Below, in pieces: positions 58,978-64,000 of a stretch of 64,000 nucleotides of DNA. Position 1 is the first letter of the stretch, and each line of letters begins with the position of its first letter. The notes below the pieces were generated by a model. That model searched no databases. It was not told the DNA's origin and worked only from the letters and a program-made list of their open reading frames with translations. Location: assembly GCA_035764445.1 (NCBI GenBank), contig DASTZF010000248.1:8668-72667 (forward strand), in the 5' to 3' direction. The DNA comes from Burkholderiaceae bacterium (GTDB lineage: Bacteria > Pseudomonadota > Gammaproteobacteria > Burkholderiales > Burkholderiaceae_C). A program made the position numbers and the translations under genes.

Positions 58978-60387
58978 ATGCGCGCCATGCCCGTTCCTTT
59001 GTCCGAGCGTCTGCGCGCGTGGCTGCAAGCCCTGGAGGCCGGTCTGCTCGAGCGCGAAGCGGCAGTGCGGCTTGCGCTGCTGGCGGCGCTGGGCGCTGAG
59101 CACGTGCTGCTGATCGGGCCCCCAGGCACCGCCAAGAGCGAGTTGGCGCGCCGGCTGCACCGCGCGTTTGCCGGAGCGAGGTATTTCGAGCGGCTGCTGA
59201 CGCGCTTCTCGACACCCGAGGAGCTGTTCGGTCCCTTATCGTTGAAGGCGCTGGAAGAAGACCGCTACGAGCGCCAGATCGACGGCTTCCTGCCCACCGC
59301 AGGCATCGCCTTCCTCGACGAAGTGTTCAAGGCCAACTCGGCGATCCTCAACGCGCTGCTGACCTTGCTCAACGAGCGCGAGTTCGACAATGGCGTCACA
59401 CGCCTGCGAGTGCCGCTGGTGTGCGTGGTCGGCGCCAGCAACGAGGTGCCGAGCGATGAGGCGCTGCACGCGTTCTTCGATCGCTTCCTGGTGCGCGTGC
59501 CGGTGGCGCCGGTGGGCGACGAGTCGTTTCCCGCGCTGCTCGCGCTGCGGGAGGGCGCAGCCGAGCCGCCGGCGCCGTTCACCACGGCCGAACGCGAGGC
59601 GATCGCTCAGGCAGCCGAGCGGGTCCACCTCAGTGACGAGGCCGTGCTGGCCTGCACGGCGCTGCGCCACTGGCTGGCGGCGCGCTCGCGCGCGCTGTCG
59701 GACCGGCGCTGGCGACAGTGGGTCGCCCTGATGCGAGTGGCTGCCGCCAGCGAAGGGCGCGACACGGTCGACGTGCTCGACCTGTGGCTTGCACCGTACG
59801 TGGCCAGCGGCTCGCCGCAGGAAGTCGGCGAACTGACTCAGTGGTTCGAGGCCGAGTGCCTGGATGCCGCGCCGCAGGACGCGTCGTGGCTGTCGTGCGC
59901 CGTGCAGGCGTTCGAGAAGCAGCTCGAGATCGAGCAATCGGCGCGCGACGACCCCGATGCCGCCAACGCGGCGGGCAAGCTGGCACTCGCGCGCGCGATC
60001 GCCGGTCCGGGTGCCGCCGACGCTACGACGGGAATGATGCGCATCGTCTCGGCCGAACTCGAGGCACAGCAACGCCGCCGCTACAGCTCCGTGCACATCG
60101 CGGCACGAGTCGCCCAGGTCGACGAGATCATCGGGCAGGCCGCGGCGGCGCGCGACGAAGTGCAGGCGCGCGACGCGGCGCTGGCCGCGCGCCTTGGCGC
60201 GCGGCTGTGGGTGCCCTCGGCGACGACCGATCGTCTGTGCGCCGCTGCAGCACACACGCTGGCGGTGCTCGACGCGCTGATCGAACGGTTGCAGTGCGTG
60301 CGCGAGGGCTTTGCCGGGCTGCCGCTCGATCCCGCAGCGGCGGGCGAGGCGCCGTCGCCGGTCGCCCTCGACACACTGGCCGCATGA
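58978..60387 (+). CDS. ravA: RavA-like MoxR-class AAA+ ATPase
   Basis: The first ~170 aa align by eye with E. coli RavA: LLIGPPGTAKSELARRL (Walker A, 59116-59139), RFSTPEELFGPLS, FLDEVFKANSAILNALLTLLNEREF (Walker B / sensor) and VGASNE.P. The ATG at 58987 is an alternative start. Confidence 0.9.
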   Translation: MRAMPVPLSERLRAWLQALEAGLLEREAAVRLALLAALGAEHVLLIGPPGTAKSELARRLHRAFAGARYFERLLTRFSTPEELFGPLSLKALEEDRYERQIDGFLPTAGIAFLDEVFKANSAILNALLTLLNEREFDNGVTRLRVPLVCVVGASNEVPSDEALHAFFDRFLVRVPVAPVGDESFPALLALREGAAEPPAPFTTAEREAIAQAAERVHLSDEAVLACTALRHWLAARSRALSDRRWRQWVALMRVAAASEGRDTVDVLDLWLAPYVASGSPQEVGELTQWFEAECLDAAPQDASWLSCAVQAFEKQLEIEQSARDDPDAANAAGKLALARAIAGPGAADATTGMMRIVSAELEAQQRRRYSSVHIAARVAQVDEIIGQAAAARDEVQARDAALAARLGARLWVPSATTDRLCAAAAHTLAVLDALIERLQCVREGFAGLPLDPAAAGEAPSPVALDTLAA

Positions 60388-61874
60388 TGATGCGCATCGC
60401 GATCGACGCGCCGTACGAGCGGCTCGAATCGTTGCCGCATCCGCTGTGGCTGCCGAGCCTGGTTGCCAGCGCTGGCGAGCGCGCGCAACGCTTGACGGAT
60501 ACGCGGCGTTGGCTCGACGCGTTGCAGGGCGGTCATCTGCCGCCGGTCGATGCCGATTTCGGCGACGCGGCGGCCAGCGCGCCGCTGCGCACGGTGGTCG
60601 GCGAGCTCGGCCTGGCGGCGCTGGCGCGTGGCGTGCCCGCGCTGGCCGAGCAACTGCTGCGCACGCTGTTATGGCACCTCGACCGCATCGTCGACCTGCA
60701 GCCGCGGCTAGCGCGCGAAGCGGCCATCGACGAAGTGGCCGCGTGGTTCCGCACCACATGGGAGGAGCAGGCCAGCGGACTGGATGAAGACCTGGCCCTC
60801 CTTCAGGGTCTGGGCGATCTCACCAGCCTGCGCTGGGACTCGCTGCGCGGGCATCTGACTTCACGGTCCTGGGCGGCCGCACGGCGCGCCAGCGAGTGGC
60901 TGCGCCAGTTGCCCGAACTGGCCGCGCTGATGCGCCGGCTCGGGCGCAGCGAGCGGGCGGTCGCTGTGCCGCCACGCGCCGCGCCACGCCGTGCCAACAC
61001 AGGGGCGCCGCCGCAGGCGTTGCGCGCGATCGAGACCCGGTTGCCCGACGCGCCTGGCGAAATCACCGGCGTGCGCTTCTCGTCGCGCCCCGAGCGCATG
61101 CTCGCCGGCGAGGCGGTGATGCTGCACCACCCGGTGCTGCGCAAGCTGTGGCGGGCGCGGCATGCCGAAGCGCGGCTGCTGAGTTGGGAGACCGAGGCCG
61201 TCCTGACCGACTGGCGCCTCGATCCGCGGGCCGCGCGGCCGCAGCCGGCCACGCCTGAAGCCGAAGCACTGGAGCGCGGACCGATCATCGTCTGCCTCGA
61301 CACCTCGGGCTCCATGCGTGGCGCGCCGGAGAACATCGCCAAGGCCACGGTGATCGCCGCGCTGCGCGCGGCGCACGAGGCGCGCCGGGGCTGCAAGCTG
61401 ATCGCCTTCGGCGGGCCCGACGAAGTGATCGAGCGCGACCTCGGCCACGGCGAAGCCGGCCTGCAGGCGCTGCTCGACCTGATGGCGCAGGCCTTCGACG
61501 GGGGCACCGACATCCAGACTCCGATCGAGCGCGCGATCACCTGCGTGCACGACGCGCGTTGGGCGAGCGCCGACCTGCTGATCGTCAGCGACGGCGAGTT
61601 CGGTTGCGTGCCAGGCACGCTCGAGCGGCTGCAGCGAGCGCGAGCCGAGCTGGGCCTGCGCGTGCAGGGCGTCCTGGTCGGCGATCGCGAGACGATGGGG
61701 CTGCTCGAGGTCTGCGACGAGATCCACTGGGTGCGTGACTGGCGGCGCTACGTGGAGAGTCCAGGCGGCGAAGCGCGCGGCCATTCGCCGGTGCACAGCA
61801 AGAGCCTGACGGCGCTGTACTTTCCCAACGCGCTGTCGGCGCACGCGGCGCGCCACGTCCAGCGGCCGCGATGA
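60384..61874 (+). CDS. viaA: ViaA-like VWA-domain protein
   Basis: The start overlaps the ravA stop (ATGA at 60384-60387). The C-terminal VWA domain has the MIDAS motif IIVCLDTSGSMRG (DTSGS at 61299-61313), plus GGTD and LLIVSDGEF. Confidence 0.85.
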   Translation: MMMRIAIDAPYERLESLPHPLWLPSLVASAGERAQRLTDTRRWLDALQGGHLPPVDADFGDAAASAPLRTVVGELGLAALARGVPALAEQLLRTLLWHLDRIVDLQPRLAREAAIDEVAAWFRTTWEEQASGLDEDLALLQGLGDLTSLRWDSLRGHLTSRSWAAARRASEWLRQLPELAALMRRLGRSERAVAVPPRAAPRRANTGAPPQALRAIETRLPDAPGEITGVRFSSRPERMLAGEAVMLHHPVLRKLWRARHAEARLLSWETEAVLTDWRLDPRAARPQPATPEAEALERGPIIVCLDTSGSMRGAPENIAKATVIAALRAAHEARRGCKLIAFGGPDEVIERDLGHGEAGLQALLDLMAQAFDGGTDIQTPIERAITCVHDARWASADLLIVSDGEFGCVPGTLERLQRARAELGLRVQGVLVGDRETMGLLEVCDEIHWVRDWRRYVESPGGEARGHSPVHSKSLTALYFPNALSAHAARHVQRPR

Positions 61875-62788
61875 GCCGCCGCTCGGCCGCTCCGAAGGGG
61901 GCTCGCACCGCAGTGCGAAGCACGGAGGTTCCTCAGACGCGCCGCCGCTACGCCGAGGAGGCGCTCGCCCGGCTCGAGGCCTTCGCGGCGGCGGGCTCGC
62001 CGCTGCCGCGCGTGCGCGCGCTGCATCTGCCACCCAAGCCGACACCGGGCGATCTGCGCGGTGAGTTCTGTGCCCTCGAGCTCGACGACGGCGCGATCGG
62101 TCTGTCGTACGTGCTGCTGGGCGACACCTGGGCCGAGTTGGCCCGCCAGCCGCAGCGCCTGGCGCTCGGCGGTCTCGACGCGCTCGCGGTGGCGCGGCGC
62201 TATGTGAGTGCCGATCGGCTGCAGCACACCGTGGGCCTGGCGGCGCTCAATGCTCTGACGCGCTGCCTGTTCGACCGCGCCGGCTTCGTGCCGTCGAGCA
62301 GCGCCGACTCGATCGGCAACCTCGACCCGCAACCCGGCGAGACGGTGGGCATGATCGGCTACTTCGCATCGCTGGTGCCACGCATCACCGCGCGCGGCGC
62401 TCGGCTCGTGGTGATCGAGCTGCGAGAAGACCTGGTGGGCGAGCGCGACGGCGTGCGCGTGACGCTCGACGCCGACGAGCTGAGACAGTGCGACAAGGTG
62501 CTGTCCACCGGCACGCTGCTGCTCAACGACACGCTCGATCGCATGCTCGGCCTGTGTGTGCGTGCGCAGCGCTTCGCGCTGATAGGCCCCAGCGTCGGCT
62601 GCCCGCCCGACCCGCTGTTCGCGCGCGGCGTCACGCTGCTCGGCGGCAGCTGGATCAGTGATCCGGCGGCGTTCGTCGATGCCCTTCTCAGCGCAGCGCC
62701 CACCGCAGGGGCAGCGCACAAGTTTGCGCTGTTGCGCGAGGACTATCCGGGCTGGGACGCGCTGTTGCGGCGCGCGGCGCGCGCCTGA
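61871..62788 (+). CDS. DUF4213/DUF364-type protein (Rossmann-like, 'putative heavy-metal chelation' family)
   Basis: The start overlaps the viaA stop (ATGA at 61871-61874). VGLAALNALT and VGMIGYF..L........LVVIE...........L.......VLSTGTLLLNDTLD....... resemble the DUF4213 N-terminal and DUF364 C-terminal domains. The assignment is by recollection only. Confidence 0.7.
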   Translation: MSRRSAAPKGARTAVRSTEVPQTRRRYAEEALARLEAFAAAGSPLPRVRALHLPPKPTPGDLRGEFCALELDDGAIGLSYVLLGDTWAELARQPQRLALGGLDALAVARRYVSADRLQHTVGLAALNALTRCLFDRAGFVPSSSADSIGNLDPQPGETVGMIGYFASLVPRITARGARLVVIELREDLVGERDGVRVTLDADELRQCDKVLSTGTLLLNDTLDRMLGLCVRAQRFALIGPSVGCPPDPLFARGVTLLGGSWISDPAAFVDALLSAAPTAGAAHKFALLREDYPGWDALLRRAARA

Positions 62789-62792
62789 GTGC

Positions 62793-63167
62793 CTAGCTTG
62801 ACGTGCGCCGAGGGCGCCAGTGGCGCACGTGGCGCGGCGCGTGCGAGACCAGGGCCGAGACGAAGACGACGATCCAGAACGCCGGCAGCGAGCCATCCGC
62901 ATCGAGCGCCAGCCACGCCACCGCGGCCAGCTTCAGTAGCGAAACGAACCCCGCGAGCTCGCTGAAGCGCATGCGCGCATCCAGCGTCTCGATGGCCAGC
63001 AGGGCGATCCCGCTGGCCAGCACGATGGCCGCTGCCGGCAGCCGCGCCAGCGGCGCGCCCAGCAGCGCGGCGCCGAGGGCGACCACGGCAGCCAGGTGCG
63101 ACGCACGCAGCACGATGCCGAGCCAGCGACGCCAAGCGGCGGGCTTGTCCGAGAGCTCAACCACCAC
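62793..63167 (-). CDS. Hypothetical small membrane protein (about 124 aa, 3-4 TM)
   Basis: The start is inferred at GTG 63167, overlapping the upstream stop. Hydrophobic segments are WLGIVLRASHLAAVVALGAALLGA, AAAIVLASGIALLAI, GFVSLLKLAAVAWLAL and FWIVVFVSALV. Confidence 0.5.
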   Translation of the reverse strand: MVVELSDKPAAWRRWLGIVLRASHLAAVVALGAALLGAPLARLPAAAIVLASGIALLAIETLDARMRFSELAGFVSLLKLAAVAWLALDADGSLPAFWIVVFVSALVSHAPRHVRHWRPRRTSS

Positions 63168-63468
63168 CGCGCTGCATGAAGAGGTCGAAGTAGCGCATGA
63201 AGGCCACGCGCGCCTCCTGCGCGACGTCGTGGAAGCGGTAGCGCACGGCCATCCGCGGCGTCTGCACCAGCGCGATCCGGCGCGGCGCCAGCACGGTCCA
63301 TCGCAATTCGAGGGTGCCCGCGCCGATGCGCACGCGCGCGCTCGCACTGTCGGCTGCAAGCTCGAGCGCATGCGCACCGACCGCGCCGGGCAGACTGTCG
63401 AGCCATTGCGCCAGCGCGCAGCCGTGCTCGCGCTCGAACGCCTCGGTGTAGCTGCCCGGGTCGTGCAC
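63157..63468 (-). CDS. Hypothetical protein (about 103 aa) ending in Gly-Gly-Gly
   Basis: The frame is open from 63540, and I infer the start at GTG 63468. The C-terminus reads ...FMRYFDLFMQRGGG. It is co-directional and tightly packed with the ThiS/MoaD-like gene. Confidence 0.5.
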   Translation of the reverse strand: MHDPGSYTEAFEREHGCALAQWLDSLPGAVGAHALELAADSASARVRIGAGTLELRWTVLAPRRIALVQTPRMAVRYRFHDVAQEARVAFMRYFDLFMQRGGG

Positions 63469-63493
63469 CGCTGACGGCGAGTTCGGCCGGCCT

Positions 63494-63748
63494 TCAGCCG
63501 CCGGCGATCGGCGGCCAGATCGCGAGCACATCGCCTTCAAGCAGCGCGCGTTGCGCGCGCTCGGCCGGCGGCACGAAGACGCCGTTAATCAGCACCAGGT
63601 GCACCAGCTTCGGCGGCAGGTGGAACGGCGCGACCGCGTCGACCACGGTCGAGTTCGCCGGCACGTCGAGCGTGATCTGGTTGCTGCGACGCTGTTCCAC
63701 CGGCAGGTAGTCGGTCAGCATCGCGTGGAGCTTCAACGTGATCTGCAT
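63494..63748 (-). CDS. ThiS/MoaD-family sulfur-carrier (ubiquitin-like beta-grasp) protein
   Basis: The 84-aa product reads MQITLKLHAML......VDVPANSTV.D........VLINGVFV.......LLEGDVLAIWPPIAGG, with the diagnostic C-terminal Gly-Gly. Confidence 0.85.
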   Translation of the reverse strand: MQITLKLHAMLTDYLPVEQRRSNQITLDVPANSTVVDAVAPFHLPPKLVHLVLINGVFVPPAERAQRALLEGDVLAIWPPIAGG

Positions 63749-63810
63749 GCCCGATCATGCCGCGTCCTGGCCGCCGGCGTGAATCTGGTGGCGCGGCGCT
63801 GCGCCGACTC

Positions 63811-64000
63811 AACGCCCGACCAGGCCGTGGCGCGCCTGCTGTTGGGCGCTGTCGAGGTACGCCTGCATCAGCAGCGTGGGATCGTCGAGCAGCTTGTCTT
63901 TCCAGGCGCCGATGGCGACCTCGCCCTCGACCAGCCCGCGCATCACGCCGATGTGCTCGGTCCAGCCGATGCTGTTGCAGCCGACCAGGCGATCGCCCTT
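63811..64000 (-). CDS. 3' end of an unidentified CDS; the N-terminus lies beyond the window
   Basis: The hand-translated frame is open from 64000 to the TGA (complement of 63811-63813): ...KGDRLVGCNSIGWTEHIGVMRGLVEGEVAIGAWKDKLLDDPTLLMQAYLDSAQQQARHGLVGR. I could not assign a family. Confidence 0.45.

Noticed and set aside
58978-62788. An alternative reading of the RavA-like/VWA operon as a vWA-MoxR 'ternary' biological-conflict (defence) system
   Set aside because: No effector-type domain (nuclease, protease, TIR, pore-former) was recognised. There are no neighbouring defence or mobile genes. The AAA+ protein is RavA-like along its length, and the context is Mo-cofactor and metalloenzyme maturation. 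I cannot fully exclude the defence reading without profile searches.

Overview
This is a very GC-rich (about 70% by eye) chromosomal segment. The gene content, including Bug/TctC-type and LivK-type binding proteins, several LysR regulators and cox genes, suggests a Burkholderiales-type betaproteobacterium. I can support about 70 tightly packed protein-coding genes, many with 4-nt ATGA start/stop overlaps. I recognised no rRNA, tRNA, CRISPR array, transposase, integrase or phage genes. In order, the window holds: (1) housekeeping genes (ilvE, yegD-like Hsp70, radA, arfB, alr, lplT, glutathione peroxidase, tyrB); (2) a LivHMGF-type ABC importer with no binding-protein gene; (3) a LysR-controlled cluster of a membrane protein, TctC, an O-methyltransferase, a hydrolase and an ICMT-like methyltransferase; (4) a MarR / Rieske dioxygenase alpha-beta / LivK-type binding-protein operon next to an AraC-nitrilase pair and an aldehyde dehydrogenase; (5) a Dpp-type ABC operon interrupted by DsbA-like and CYTH (CyaB-like) genes; (6) a compositionally atypical two-repeat lipoprotein and an amidase; (7) an aerobic CO-dehydrogenase-type operon (coxM-S-L-G-D-E, MocA-like gene, membrane protein) preceded by a PAS-LytTR regulator; (8) at 57.7-62.8 kb, an XdhC gene divergent from a RavA-ViaA-DUF364 three-gene operon. 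I rate item 8 as the best candidate for an undescribed system: an AAA+/VWA cofactor-insertion machine wired to a putative metal-chelation subunit. All functional calls rest on by-eye motif and family recognition in the supplied translations and on my own hand translation. No database search was run, so family assignments and start codons are provisional. The ORF track reports the longest ORF using ATG/GTG/TTG starts, so many true starts are internal to the listed ORFs, and many listed ORFs are antisense or out-of-frame artefacts of the high GC content.
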